Shown here in pieces: positions 23,346 to 37,511 of a stretch of DNA of 64,000 nt (position 1 is the stretch's first letter; each line of letters opens with the position of its first letter). Source of the stretch: Octopus sinensis (taxonomy: Eukaryota); contig NC_043010.1 in assembly GCF_006345805.1 (NCBI RefSeq), positions 13,888,001 to 13,952,000 on the forward strand, written 5' to 3'. The translations under genes were made by a program, and so were the position numbers. Below the pieces are notes generated by a model. The model did not search any database and was not told the DNA's origin. It worked only from the letters and a program-made list of their open reading frames with translations.

Positions 23346-23605
23346 CCTCCACAAAGACTATTACAGTAACACATAAGAGCAAAAGAGTTTATGTCTGTAG
23401 CCAAAAAATGACTCTACTGATTACTCTATCACTTCAAGGGTGGGGACCAACATCTGGAAGGGGAGATGTTGACTGATGAACAGGACAATTAGCCATTTAG
23501 GAGGAGACAAGACAGACTCGCAGATAGACAGCCGTAGTGAAAGATACAGACAGAATAGTGTCATTCTTACAACTAATACTACTTCCAGTCTCCAGCAAGT
23601 ATAAT

Positions 23606-23975
23606 AATAATAAAACATTGTGTACAGTGCTCAGGTGCACTACAACTCATCTAAAGTGTATGTATAGTACATAGGGTAATGTACAAGCGTCAGGAAAAGA
23701 ACAGTGCATGAGTCATGACATACACATATGTGTATGAGTATGGAAGGGGGACAATCAGGTGTAATTTCGGCGGATTTCGGAAAGCATGGGGGCCTTAAAG
23801 GATATGGCAATCAACAACTGACGCAGGCAGTTTGTTCCATGCTTCAGCAACTCTGAGCGTGAAAAAATGTTTCCGAAAGTCATGGGAGCTGTGCTGTTTT
23901 CTGACTTTGTAGGCATGTCCACGTGTGTTGGACACAAGTAGAATTAAAGTTCCCCAGAATCCGCCTTAAACATGT
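23606..23975 (-). mobile_element. CR1-type LINE 3' fragment
   Basis: TRGHAYKVRKQHSSHDFRKHFFTLRVAEAWNKLPASVV, the typical CR1 ORF2 C-terminus. Confidence 0.85.
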
Positions 23976-24003
23976 GATTCTGCTATCCAAGGTAAATACT
24001 TAC

Positions 24004-24193
24004 ATCTGCAGGCGTCAACTCGTCTTTGACAGGTTTCGGGTATTTCTCACACATGGCTGGAATCCATGCATTCTGTGACCTCTGCTGGAACATCTTGGCA
24101 TCAAGAGCCGCGAGAGCATAGGAACACACACCTTTTTCGTCCTCGACAACAAAGCAGTATTCTTGGTTGATGGTTAATAAGCCACCTACAAGT
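24004..24193 (-). CDS. OGA: O-GlcNAcase exon (pseudo-HAT domain)
   Basis: LVGGLLTINQEYCFVVEDEKGVCSYALAALDAK...CEKYPKPVKDELTPAD; ttcag acceptor, gtaagt donor; 190 nt, phase 2 to 0. Confidence 0.94.
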
Positions 24194-24629
24194 CTGAAAT
24201 GGGCAAAAAAAAAGAAATGGCTCATTCACTAAGTAAAGGTTTCTTATTATTGAGATTTTTCATTTCTAAATGTGCAACGTAACATGAGATGATTATATGG
24301 AATGAGAGAAGACATCAAGCTATTAACTAGGTTTTGTTTATTTGGAGAAGGAGAGGAGGGAGTTAAAGAGAAGGATGGCAGACAGAGACACAGGCAGCTG
24401 GATGGAAAAAGAGACATACAAGTCAGGGAGAAAACAGACAAATACATAGACAACTGGAGAAAAAGACAGACATCCAGAAGGAGAGAGACAGAGAGAGATT
24501 ACAGACAGTACAACACACTTCAAATGGTTTAGTTTGTGTTTCTTATCATATCACACTCAAGAAGACCAGCCGTCCACTGCAGCAGTGTTAATGCCGCTTC
24601 CTCTAATGAAGGGGATTGGCCTGCAAGAG

Positions 24630-24825
24630 CCCCGTACCAGTGCCACATAAAAAGCACCCGTGACGGCACAACAAGAGAGCACTCATGCCAGTTGCTACGT
24701 TAGAAACAGCCAACGGTAGAAACCAAGCCAAATCAGACTGGAACTTGGTGCAGCTCTCGTCAAACCATCCCACCCATGCCAGCATGGAAAAACAGATGTT
24801 AATGGATGATGATGATGATGATGTC
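24630..24825 (+). mobile_element. RTE family 1 tail fragment (old)
   Basis: CCCATGCCAGCATGGAAAA...(GAT)n. Confidence 0.65.
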
Positions 24826-25051
24826 TATGACATGGAGGATAAGAAGACTGCTAAAATGTCGCATGAAACCAGGCTTAGTGATTTCAATTTCAACCTGAAC
24901 AAATGTACCCGTGTTCCCTGACAACACAGACTTAAACTGAAGTTAATGCAAGAACCTCTACATGGTGGTGTGATCTGCTAAAAATAACAGTTAATTCTCT
25001 CTCAACTAACATTCTACCAACTTAAAAAAAAAAAAAAAAAAGGGCAAGAAA

Positions 25052-25449
25052 TCTTTATATATAAAAGTGAAGTTGTGTGTCTGTCGCCTACGATTTAGAT
25101 TCCTAACTACTCCCACATTTTGCGGTGCAGTTTAACCAAAACCGGGTATCTTATAGTCGTGATTCATATCGAGCATTTCTGGGTATTAGCACGCGTCTAC
25201 GATGAGTCTACGATTAAAAAAAAAAATTACCATCATTTTTTTCCATTTTAATGCATTTTTTCGCTATTATATAAGGGAAGTAACTCTCTAAAAATGTCTA
25301 TGATGAGTCAACGATTTAAAAAAAAAATTTACCATCATTTTTTTTCTATTTTTAATGCATTTTTTTGCTATTTTTTAGGTATAACTCTCTAAAAATGCTT
25401 ATATAGTCATTTCCCTACAAACCCGAGCAACGCCGGGCGACACTGCTAG
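25052..25449 (+). mobile_element. Non-autonomous Helitron
   Basis: A|TC...CCCGAGCAACGCCGGG...CTAG|T; close copy of 13575-13971. Confidence 0.82.
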
Positions 25450-25947
25450 TTTCATATAAAGTAGTGCTAAATAAATTATGTCTGAAGAAAATGGTATGAT
25501 CACGACAGGAATGTATTTAATGAGAGTTCTACAAGGTCAAGGTTGATTTGTGGCTAAACAACAACAACAACAAAGACTCAACTGTTTGAAATGTGTTTTT
25601 CACAAAAAAACGTAAATAAATTTTATTTTTAATCTTTTTAATTAAAATTAGAAACAAAAATTATAGATGAAGTTAACAGTCCTAAAAATGTTTTCTATCA
25701 GTATACGAGCAATGGTTGCTTGAATAAATAAGCAGTCTGTAGTACAGAAAAGAATTGCTTTAGTGTCATATAAATTAGTGTAGAGACTGGAATGTAGTTT
25801 GATTGCGCTTAAAAAAGAAGAGGGGAGATAAAACACAGATAAACTATACAAGAAAAGCAATAAAATACTTAAACAAATGACCAGCCTGGAAAATTCATTT
25901 CTCAACTACAACCCACATACACACAAACCAACATACATAACCTTTAG

Positions 25948-26330
25948 TGGAGGAGCAATGGCCCAGTGGTTAGGGCAGCGGACTCGCGGTCATAGGATCG
26001 CGGTTTCGATTCCCAGACCGGGCGTTGTGGGTGTTTATTGAGCGAAAACACCTAAAAGCTCCACGAGGCTCCGGCAGGGGATGGTGGTGATCCCTGCTGT
26101 ACTCTTTCACCACAACTTTCTCTCACTCTTACTTCCTGTTTCTGTTGTACCTGTACTTCAAAGGGCCGGCCTTGTCACTCTCTGTGTCATGCTGAATATC
26201 CCCGAGAACTACGTTAAGGTTACATGTGTCTGTGGAGTGCTCAGCCACTTACACGTTAATTTCACGAGCAGGCTGTTCCGTTGATTCGGATCAACCAGAA
26301 CCCTCGTCGTCGTAACCGACGGAGTGCTTC
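25948..26330 (+). mobile_element. SINE-C2
   Basis: tRNA-Arg-like head and ...GTAACCGACGGAGTGCTTCC tail. Confidence 0.85.
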
Positions 26331-26502
26331 CCCACATTACCTTTATTTTTATTTCCAATCTAATTCATACAAACAAAACTTCCCCTATCCCTACCAGTTT
26401 GAGTGACTTGTTTACAACACAATTCTGAGTAATTTTAAGGAATTAAACTTTGCAAGAGAGAATCAGATAAAAGAGATTTTGGGAAATATTCGTATTGTCA
26501 TA

Positions 26503-26736
26503 TGTATTTCTTTACTACCCACAAGGGGCTAAACATAGAGGGGACAAACAAGGACAGACAAAGGGATTAAGTCGATTACATCGACCCCAGTGGGTAACTG
26601 GTACTTAATTTATCGACCCCGAAAGGATGAAAGACAAAGCCGACCTCAGCGGAATTTGAACTCAGAACGTAACGACAGACGAAATACGGCTACACATTTC
26701 GCCCAGCGTGCTAACGTTTCTGCCAGCTCGCCGCCT
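26503..26736 (-). mobile_element. SINE-B monomer
   Basis: TSD TATTGTCATAT. Confidence 0.88.
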
Positions 26737-26769
26737 TATTGTCATATTGTCATATAGAATAGTAAGCTA

Positions 26770-27186
26770 GGATCTTTTCGGTTTGAATGGCAGTTTTTAA
26801 AAATAATTTCCACATAACTAAAAAATGTTAAACTTCGCATACTGGTAGAATGTGTTTATAAAACATCTTTTTCTCTTGGCTTTATTGAGAAAATTCTATT
26901 GTTTGTAAGATATTTGCTGTTTTTTTTCCTTCAATTTCTGAAATTTCAACCAATCAATGACGTCTATTGAGGTGAAAACATTCTGTGCCGTATGAATATG
27001 TCCCTCGTTTAAGAAACAGATTGGGTTTATTTACATTTGTGAAGAAAAAAAGATACCCTTCCCCCATCCCTAAACCTAACTCTAAAACAGATTGAAATGC
27101 AATAGATCGATACTAGGGTCATAATTATGGGTGGCAATTTCATATGACACCGCTAGAAAAAACTGCCGTTCAAACCGAAAAGATCC
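26770..27186. mobile_element. MITE, Merlin-like
   Basis: Both TIRs; TSD GTAAGCTA/GTAAGATA (one mismatch). Confidence 0.88.
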
Positions 27187-27664
27187 GTAAGATATATTAA
27201 AATATTGTTTGGGAGAACTCCAAAATTAAAGATTAATAAAGACATTTAGCATAGATAATAAATAATGTATGTGGGATACAAGAAATGCATATATATGTAC
27301 CTACACAATTAATCTGAATAACCTTTTCGTTATCAAGTTGTTAAAACTGCAAAAGCTATTTTTTTAAATATTATTTTAGTGTGTTCGTTATACATGGCAC
27401 ACAAAGAATTATAAGAAGTGGGACTTAGTCTTAGAGTGGAGAAATGACTATATTGACCCAATAAAAAACAGGAGATACAAAGAGGTAAAAGACATTTATG
27501 TAAGTCTAAAACTTTAGGTGCTGTAAACGTAAGCATGAACGGACTTGTTATTTTTCATCATCTACCAATGAAAAATATGTGAAGCTGATTGATGCATCCA
27601 TGGAGTAAATTCTGACCCCAACCACTACTAACTATCATGTTATAATAATAATAATAATAATAAT

Positions 27665-28035
27665 TAATTCTTTTTATTGGCCACAAGGGCTGACACACAT
27701 GATTAGTAAACATAAAGGGACAAAACAGGACGAAAGGTTACAAAGGGTTTTGTCCGTTTTTGAAAAGAATCCGAGTAAAAACTGTTTAACAACGAAAGAT
27801 TATAACAATGAAAAACTCCAAATAGGGGGAGGCGCTTCGAAAGGTTCCTGGTGGAAAAATCCCCATAAAAGCCAACGGGAGCCTGGTCAAAAGGGGGGTA
27901 GAGAGCCCCTTTCTCCTTTTATAAAACCTTTTTCAATCACAGGCGAAACCTGAGAATTGGTCCATTTATACTGGCCATTCTCGCACAATTCACCCACCTT
28001 TCAGAAAACTTGCTATCGGACAGCACTAAGAGTGC
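27665..28035 (-). mobile_element. L1/Tx1-like LINE 3' end
   Basis: Homologous to 51650-52000. Confidence 0.65.
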
Positions 28036-28039
28036 CTAA

Positions 28040-28225
28040 TAATCGACATAGCAATGCCAGGAGATCAACACATCATGAAGAGAAAGAGAAAAAGTTGATA
28101 AATATGGAGACCTGAGAACTGAGATGTGGCAGCCACGAGAGTCAAACATAAAGGTTATCCCTATTGTCATCAGAGCATTGGGTTTGATACCAGCTGATCT
28201 GAAAACCTTAGAAATACCCTACAAT
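28040..28225 (+). pseudogene. Restriction-like endonuclease fragment of an R2/R4/HERO-type non-LTR element
   Basis: IDIAMPGD...(frameshift)EKVDKYGDLRTEMWQ...VIPIVIRALGLIP matches the RLE D..P.D / K..KY pattern. Confidence 0.6.
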
Positions 28226-28295
28226 CTAGATGGTACTTAATTTATCAACCCCGAAAGGATGAAAGGAATAATAATAATTGCTGTTACTACAATAC

Positions 28296-28387
28296 CTGTC
28301 TCCTATAAGGTCTGGCATGCCTGGAAAAACATCAGTGCCATCCATTCCGTCATCGCAGGTTCTACGACACACTTCATATATTGCCGG
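28296..28387 (-). CDS. OGA: O-GlcNAcase exon (pseudo-HAT domain)
   Basis: PAIYEVCRRTCDDGMDGTDVFPGMPDLIGD(R); ttcag acceptor, gtattg donor; 92 nt, phase 0 to 2. Confidence 0.92.
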
Positions 28388-29639
28388 CTGAAAGAAACCA
28401 ATGACATTATTAGTAAGAATATAGAGACACCCTGGTTCAGAAGGGAACACAAAATATGAAACAGATTGACAATTTCCTTACAAGACCCCAAATTTGTAAA
28501 GGAATAATATAGGCAGTTGGCATTCATTTTATCAACCCTAAAGTGAAACAGAAGAAACTGAGAGACCAGTGGGACCGGAAGTCTATTGAGATGTACACAA
28601 GACGCAAAATCACTTAGTGTGACACCCTTTTGTTACTGCCATTCAACTTCCTCATTGTATTTACTAATGCTACCAATACAGCACACCCCATTACAACAAC
28701 GGTACATTATAGACTATTGAGGTTCTCCTTCTTCTTTCATCCCACTTCAGCCCTGATCCCTTAAAGCTATGATCAAAAGCATTCAAGCCATGACCAGTCT
28801 ATCTTCTTTTCCAGACACAGTGTATCAAGGGCTACATTAATTAATGTGTTCCTCCTTTTTCAAGATAACAGGATATGATTCGAATCAGGTTTAGCTTCTA
28901 TTTTTAGCTGGTCAAGTAACCAAATAGAGACTCCCTCCCTGAACTCAAGTTAGTTTCTTACATTTTTGGATCAATTCAAATTTTTTCCAGTGAAAAGGAA
29001 TATACAGTCAACTTGAACCATTATTAGTATATAACTGGTACTTATCACAAGGAGCCACACCAGAATTTTGAACTCATAATGTAAAGAAAAAAGAAATCAC
29101 TTAATTTCTACGAAGCATTTAGTTTAGGACACTACCATTTCTGTCGACACAACATCCTTAACAATAATTAATAGTAGTGATCCTGATGATGATTTTAATT
29201 ACTACCTTCATCACAAGGCTACAAATTTATATCCAATTAAATGAGCATCAGTTTATAACTGGTATATATACTTTATCAACTTCTGCAGAAATGAAAGACA
29301 CAAATTATCCACTGGGAGATTTGAACTCAGAACATAAAACGTATTAAAAAAATACTGCAAATGATTATTTGACCCCTTGCTCTATTATTTCTATCACTGA
29401 GTCCCTTGTCATCTCCTCAGGACAAGGGACCAAGACTTTTGGCGATTTGCTAACTTGAGAAGACACATCAAGCTAAGTAAAATTGCAGCCATCCACACAT
29501 ACAGGCAGGTTCCCTATGGTTATGCGCCCCACTCCTTCTCCCAGCTGAGGTCTTTGTCTTGCAGGTGCCGGTGCCATGTAATATGCACTTGTGCCAGTGC
29601 CATATGTCATGCACTCATACCAGTGCCATGTAATATTGC

Positions 29640-29846
29640 ACCTGTGTCAGTGCCTCATAAGATGCACTGGTGCCAGCAGCACATAAAAAGCACCCAGCAC
29701 ATTCTGTAAAGTTGTTGGCATTAGGAAGGGCATCCAACCATGAAAACCATGCTAAAACAGACAATTGAAACCTGGACAGCTCCTGCCAAAACAGTCCAAC
29801 CCATGCCAGCATGGAAAACAGATGTTAAATGATGATGATGATGATG
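29640..29846 (+). mobile_element. RTE family 1 tail fragment (old)
   Basis: TTGGCATTAGGAAGGGCATCC...(GAT)n. Confidence 0.7.
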
Positions 29847-30328
29847 ACTCCATACCGAATGTAGTGGATTTAGTTGACTCTACAGGAATTTAGAACTTCT
29901 GGCAGTTTGCTACCATTAATGGTTTCAAATTTTGGCTCAAGTTCGGCAACTGGATGGAGAAGGAGTAGTTGATTACATCAACCCCAGTGCGTAACTGGTA
30001 CTCTATTTTATCAACCCGCAGAGAAATGAAAGCCGACATCAGTAAGGCTTCAACTCAAAACACGAAGAGCCAAAATAAATATTCCAAGGTACTGTCTGTC
30101 ACTGTATCCACTACTCTCAAATAATTTCTAATTTAAGCACAAAACCACAAATTTGAAAAGTGAGGGGTTGGTCAATTATACCAACTCCGGTACATTATTT
30201 TATTATGGACTCTGGGAAGTATGAAAGGCAATGTTGAATGCTGACCTCGGTGAATTTGAACTCAAACATTGAAAGGAAGCAACTAAGCGTTTTGATGGTC
30301 ATTCTACAGATTCTACCATCAACTGCTC

Positions 30329-30366
<38 letters not shown>

Positions 30367-30635
30367 TAATTAATCGTTTCTATTAGAGGCACAAGTCCTG
30401 AAATTTTGGCAGGAGTGGGGTAGTCAATTAAATTGGCCCCCCTACCACCACCAAGTGCTCCTTTGGCACTTATTTTCTCAACCTTGAAGGGATAAAAGAC
30501 AAAGTCGATTTCGGTGCCATTTGAACTCAGAACATAAAGGCAGAAGAAATGCTGCTAAGCATTTTGTCTGGTACAGTAATGATTTGGCCAGCTCGCTGCC
30601 CTATCATTATCATCATTATTATTATTAATAATAAC

Positions 30636-30667
<32 letters not shown>

Positions 30668-31290
30668 TGATGATGTTGGTGGTAGTGATGAAGATATCTA
30701 TGATGAAAGGATAATATGAGTATAGTTGACCTATGATGTTTGTTTCATTAATCCTGGGAGATCGAATGAGAAATTCAATCCCAGCATAATTAAAACTCAC
30801 AACATCAGGACCTTGTTATTTCATGCTTATTATAATAATAAAAAATCCCTATTTAACACAAAATACTCCCTGGATAGCTTTTGACTTTGTCTTTTTTTTT
30901 TTTCTTTTCGTGTGAGTGTACTTTTGAATTTCTAAAAATTATAACGAGAGATCCAATCACAAGAGATCCACTGAGAATTACCGTTCTTGTATTTTTGCAA
31001 TGAGGGGGGGCGGGTGGGAGGAATCTCTACCACAAAAACAAAAAGCAAATATGTATAAATATATAAAACACCATACCCACACTCGGCCAATCTTGAGTTT
31101 TATCGAGTGTTGCTCGTAATTTGCCGTCCGAAAAGATAGTGTAGAAAAACATCAGAAGACAGACATACTATAATCAGAGCTAGAAAAATGATAAGAATGT
31201 TTTGTCGCATGAATGTTTAGAGTGCGCAAGCTGGAGTAAGAAAGAAAGGTAAAAAAATGTGGATGGGGGGGCGCGCAGCACAAAACCTAC

Positions 31291-31395
31291 CTCGTCGGCT
31301 GAAACGTACGGTCGTATCGTATAAAACTTGTTGACGGGAGGTTCTGGAGGTTTCAGGAAAAAAAGGTCATGAGCGCCATCAATTGGCAGCATGTG
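31291..31395 (-). CDS. OGA: O-GlcNAcase exon
   Basis: [35 protein letters not shown]; tttag acceptor, gtaggt donor; 105 nt, phase 0 to 0. Confidence 0.94.
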
Positions 31396-34300
31396 CTAAA
31401 GAAAAAAAAAGTCCGAAGGGAAAAAAAAAAAAGAGAGAGAAAGAAAAAGAAAGCCATCCATTAGTAATCCTGCAGAAAATTTGAAACAAATTAGCAACAA
31501 CGCGCAAAAATGAGTGACATTTCTGCAGAGCTCGCTTGCGCAGATGTTACGGGCAAGTCCCCCATATAATCGCACTTTAATTTTTTTCTAAAAAAAGTTA
31601 AGAAAATGAAGGAGCAGACCATGGGAGATTTTGATAGGGGCACTGGCGAGAATGAAGACTTTTTTTTATGGGGATGAGGGTTTGTTTTTTTCTTCTTCTT
31701 CTTGCTAATAATTTCCTCATACTTCCATCGCTAACTATACACTTCTTCAAAACAGGTCAAGAGGATTTAAGAAGGCAACCCAGCTTAACTGTCCTTTATG
31801 CGCATGTATATATAAATACATGTAGGCATTTGTAAATGGATCTAATGTCAGTTTTAACATGTGTTCTAGTTGTTCAAACGACTGAACTTCATACTTATTG
31901 AATTATATAATGTAACTAGCCGAGTATTCCACAGACACATATGCAGAGATGGAACATGGTTAGTCGATAAGGCTGGTATTTTGACTTACAAGTGTAGTTC
32001 AATAAGACATGTTTCCCCTATTTCACTAACACGAGTTGGATCAAGGTGTCAACCAACAGTCATGTTAGAGGACAACTGCCCAATGTGCCATGCAATGAAG
32101 TCCAAACCAAGACTTCATAATTGCAAACCAAACTTCTATACCATTAGTCCTGTCTACACTATTTAACTTAACTTATAGAAAGCATTTACAAGCATGAATT
32201 TACATGCATTGGATTTGATGGTGAATATTCTCGTTATTCAATCAATGTGAAAGGTGAGTGTTAGTAGTCGAATATCCTACAGACGCTTATGGGATCAGCA
32301 TGGTACAATGTGGGATAAGGCTGGCCCTTTGAATTACTGGAACAGCCTATACAACTGGCTTTCACACAGTGTCTGTCTCTCAATTTTACCGACAAGGCAT
32401 AAATTGACCTGAGGTCATTGGTAAGTAAAAGACAATTGACTGAGATACCAAGCAGTAGGATCGAACCAGAACCTCATGATAGTGAAATGGGAATATAAAA
32501 AAAAGGACCGATGAGAAAATTCCAAGTGAAAAACTCACTGCTACTACCAGTACCATTACAACTATTGTTTGTATGTATGTATGTATATCTTATCCAGGTT
32601 ATTTACTATGAATGGAAAACTGCATGCTTCCATTTGTAGTAAACTTTCACCAAAGTGAAAGCGGTACAGTCGAGGATTGGAGCCAGTTCATTCAGCTCAT
32701 TTGCCTGTGCAAAGAACTTGGAAGCCAGCAAGCACAAGTGCCAAAAAGAGGTGATATATTATACAACATTAATTTAAACAGAAACAATATATTAATAGGT
32801 AGTTGAGAAAATAGATAATATGGTAAATATTGGAAAATATTCAACATTTTAGAAAAGTTTAAGAGAAGCGGGGAAAAAATAAAAATGTAATGTCTTTGAA
32901 AGATAATATAAAGCCATGGTGTTACTTTGATGTAATAGTCAAATACTTTCAGATGGATTCTTATTTTAATTTCCACATTATTTGATGACTCAAAGACACG
33001 GTAATGGCTTGCACCTGCTAGCAAGTGCTTTGAATAGTGAAATAGTTTCACAAACTCCATATTTTAACTAGACTCTTGAGACAATTAGCAAAACACTTTA
33101 AGCGTTAAGTTCAATCCCTCTTTTGATCAGCTACCAATTCTTAAGCTACGAAATAACATCAAAAGTTAGAATTAGTGATACATCTTCCACACTAAAACAA
33201 CTAAAAGAAAATATACAGAAAGATTAGGGTGCTGCTTGTAGAATTCAATGTTTCATTCATTGAGACGAAGCCACCAGTTGGAGAAATGGTCATTCGATGC
33301 ACCATCTTTCACTACATTTTTCCCTTACATGAACTGTGTCAGTATCTGTTGCGTAATCCTATATCGTTTAATAGCTCATGACGATTGCCACAACAAGCAG
33401 AAGATTAAGAGAGGCCCACTTGCAGCCAATGATTGCCAGCTGAGCCACCAAAACCAAAGTGGTACTTTAAAGGCAAAGCTTCACTGTCCCTTACCCCAAA
33501 ATACAATAAATATGGAAGATTTACTAGACTGAAGAATAAAAAAACAAAAAGAGTGGAGAGTTAAAAACATTACTGATAAATGCTGTCAATATTGGTGTTA
33601 GAGGAAGGGAAAAGTGGTGTGTAATTGAAGGCGGGGAAAGTATCTAGGTGACTACCCAGCGTCTGCTCCACTTCTTTATTCAGCACAAGAAACATTCCTC
33701 AAGCTTAACACAGAAAAAAAAAAAAAAAGAGGGATTAACAAAGAACACGGTGCTTTATGCTCATATTAGCTACTCCTCTCTCAGAGTTTAACAAAACATA
33801 TTAACAACTAATGTTTACAGTTTGTGTGTGTACCAATGTGCACATGTGTGAAAGCATCCAAATCCCTTGGAATTAGGTTAATACAGTGTCAAACTACCTG
33901 CAACCAACTAGCCACATGAATAAGTGGCTAAGTGGCTCATAGCTTGTCACCATGCTGCATTTACAGCTGTTGCTAATACACTAAGTACAAAAGCTTGGTT
34001 TGTCTCACTGAGAAACCAGTACCATAGAGTAGTGAATTTATTCCTCTAAATAGCAGAAACACTGGAAATTTGACAAGCGGTTCGTAAGCTTTCAGTGCTA
34101 CATTAGAATTTTCCTCATAAAAAAATAATCTTGGACAGGAATGGTCTCTGCCAAGTTAACTTGCAAAGATATACATGAAAACAAGAGTCTTCGGTTGTTT
34201 TCCTATATAAACCAATAGAACCACACACGTGTACACAAAATGTCACCAGTGCTGGTTGATTTGCAGAATTTGCTTAACGAAAAAGCATTTAAAAATTAAT

Positions 34301-35231
34301 ACAAAATTAAAAGATTTAACAACACAAATTAATCACCCCAAATGGTGTCATTAAAATTTTTGAGTGTTGAGTTTTGAATTAAAAACATCTAACATTTATT
34401 AAGTCAGTTTATTCCAAATTTTTTGCTTGTATTTCTAAAATCCAATAGTAACATGTAAAATGATATATATATTTATATATAGGTAATTCTACTAAAAATA
34501 CAACTACTAGTACTAATACTATTGCTACTACTAATAATAATAATAATAACAATGATTCCAGTCTGGTGTAATCAAGTGAGAGGAGAGTAACCAGCAGAGC
34601 ATGGAGCACGAGGGCATCAAGGTGAACAAAGTCTCCAAGAAATCAGAAATCATTTTCATTTAAAAAAATCTAAAATTCCACAATCTTGTATCTATGTGAT
34701 TTATATAAAAATATATTTAAAATATATACATACATATATATATAGATAGATAGATACATATATATACATGTATATAGAGAGTAAAAGGAAGAAGCAGTTT
34801 AAAGAGAAAAAATTAATTTTTACCTATATAAAAGCAAAACTTACTTTAAAATATACAATTATATATAAAAAATATATATATATATTTGTTAAGGAAAGAA
34901 AAAAAGTGATTTCTGGGTCTTAGAGTTAAAAATCTTTTTCAGCGCGCACATCTTTGCAACTGCAAAAGAATGTTTCTTTTTTAATAATAAACAAGAAAAA
35001 AAAAAGTTTTGAAGAAATTCAACGTTGGAAGTTTCCTGCAAAACAACTTTTTAAAGAGCTCTTGGATGAAATTATTCAGCTTAGAATATTAAAGTTTAAA
35101 CTAATAAATTTTTAAATCAGTATGGAAAAAATTGTAATGCGTAAAATGTATGTGTGTGTGTATATGTATATAAATTTTATATATGTACTTATGTACAGAG
35201 GTACACAGACATATACATAAGTATATGTGTC

Positions 35232-35276
<45 letters not shown>

Positions 35277-36645
35277 CACATATACACACAGGTTTATATT
35301 TATTTATTTATATATATATATATATATTATATATATATATATATATACACACACACATACACACGCGCACACAGTCATACTGAAAAAATGTCAAAATATT
35401 TTAATAAAATTCTCGGTCAGAAAAGCTGGGAAAATTAAAATTAAACTTAAAACTCAGCATAAAAGTAAGATAGTTAGTGAGGTGGTGAAGGTGACAACAA
35501 TACATCTATTAAAACACCATTGAGCGGAGTACAGAACCTTTGCTGAGACGGACAGAGAAAGGTAGCACGAGAGAATAATTTTCCTGGATAGAGAAGATTA
35601 AAGTATAGAGAGCATGAAAACTTCTGTTGTATTCCAAAGTCAGGTAAAGTTGAATTTCTTCACAGTAATAAAAAAAAAAAAAGAGCAGCGCCAAAAATGA
35701 ATGTATGTCAGTCTTAGTGAAGAGTGTGTTTTCTTAAGCTTGAGGAAAGTGGTTGTGCTTGAAGAAATATATTAAAAAATTAACCATCAACAGAAATAAA
35801 TAAATATATAAATAAATAAATAACAGACAAATTGATATTATGACTCGAGATGCAACACATGAGGCAGACAATCACTTTACCGTTTCTACTGTTAGCATCT
35901 GTAAGGCACGTTTTGTTTTGTTTGGGTTTTTTTTTATAATAATGAAATTATTGTATACAGTGCTCAGGTGCACCACAACTTGTCAGAAAGTGCATATAAA
36001 GTACATACAATTTCCACCACCTCTCTATCATTTACAATTCGATGAAATGAGTTTAGAGGTTATCTTTTATATCGTCCCTGTTATTCAACTGTAGTGTCAC
36101 TTATACAGTACCATCAATACGCTGATGTTAATTCTACTATGGCAGCTATAGGCTTACACCATCAGCCCTCGAGCTTCACAGTTACAAGGACTTCAACATG
36201 TGTTGATTAAATCAAAATATCCGGTGTTACAGTAATGAACAATTTGCATCTCCACTTAAAACAACAAGACATTGTTTGTGGATTCATTTCTAATCAAAAC
36301 ATAGGAAATCAAACAAACCAACAGAAAAATTTCGTAGGATTAGCTAACATAATATTTCTTTATAGATATCAAAAAGTGATCATCTGCTTCATGAGTTGCA
36401 TGTTAAAAATGAATTTTTAAAATTATTTCTCGGGCAATTAAGGTTAAAATCACACACAAAAAAAAATGGCATTTAAGTTTTAGATATTTTTTTCTTTCTA
36501 TGAGATTCCATGGGTTTTTTTCAGTTGTCTATTTTTCCTTTTCAATTAAAAAATTTGCTTATATTTTGAAATCTGTTGCAACATCTGGTGCCAGGATTTT
36601 TAGGGTTGCTGAAAAAGTTGTTGTAGTAGCCATTGGCATACATAC

Positions 36646-36731
36646 TTGGAATTCTGCCTGAAGACCACCACGAAACACCCATGGTTCCTGATCTCCACTT
36701 GTGAAAGCTTCTTTATAGCCACTAGTGCACC
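36646..36731 (-). CDS. OGA: O-GlcNAcase exon (stalk end)
   Basis: CTSGYKEAFTSGDQEPWVFRGGLQAEFQ (the GDQEPWxFRGGL motif); atgtag acceptor, gtatgt donor; 86 nt, phase 1 to 0. Confidence 0.93.
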
Positions 36732-37511
36732 CTACATGTCCATTGAGAAAAAGAAAGAATAAGATTAGATCAGCCATACATCAGCAACCAGAAAGAGAGA
36801 GAGAAATTTGGGGTGGAGTTTAGGGGAGAAAAAAGTTACCAGAAAGGGAGAAAAAAAGTTTTTTGATAATTAAATAATATTTTAAAATTTAAATAGTATT
36901 CAAATCCTAAGATAATAGCTTAGCAAAAAATAGAACTCAACTGCAGAAGTTAGTTTCGCTTAAGGGGCTGAACCCCTTACCTTAATTATATAAGTGGAAC
37001 GTATTTTATCAATCTCCAGAAAACTAGAGGGACTACATCACCCATCATATCATTGAAACTATAACCATAACTAATTATCACATGGCCAGTTTTCAAAGTG
37101 ATAATCTTTAACAGGTAATATCAAGCAATAATAATCTTTATCATGCTATAACTGATATGGCCTGCAGATACAAATAGCCTGATGCATAAACATATCTGCA
37201 GCATGATGGAGGACACACAAAATAGACCAGACCACGATATATCAAGGTTATGAGAATGATAACTGCAACTATGTCTCTACTAACAGGTCTGCACATGTTG
37301 CTAGCCAAGAATAAATATATTCAGAACAACTATACACACATTAATATAATGCAAAAATTTTTAAATGCTAAATCTATTCTACAGGACTGACAGCATCAAG
37401 TTTGTCACAAACACTGAGATGAAAAGGGCTGATAAGTTAAAAGTTAATTATTTGAACAGAGAGATTAAGACAAAAAAAAAAAAAGTGAAAAAAAAAAGAA
37501 AGAAAGAAAAC

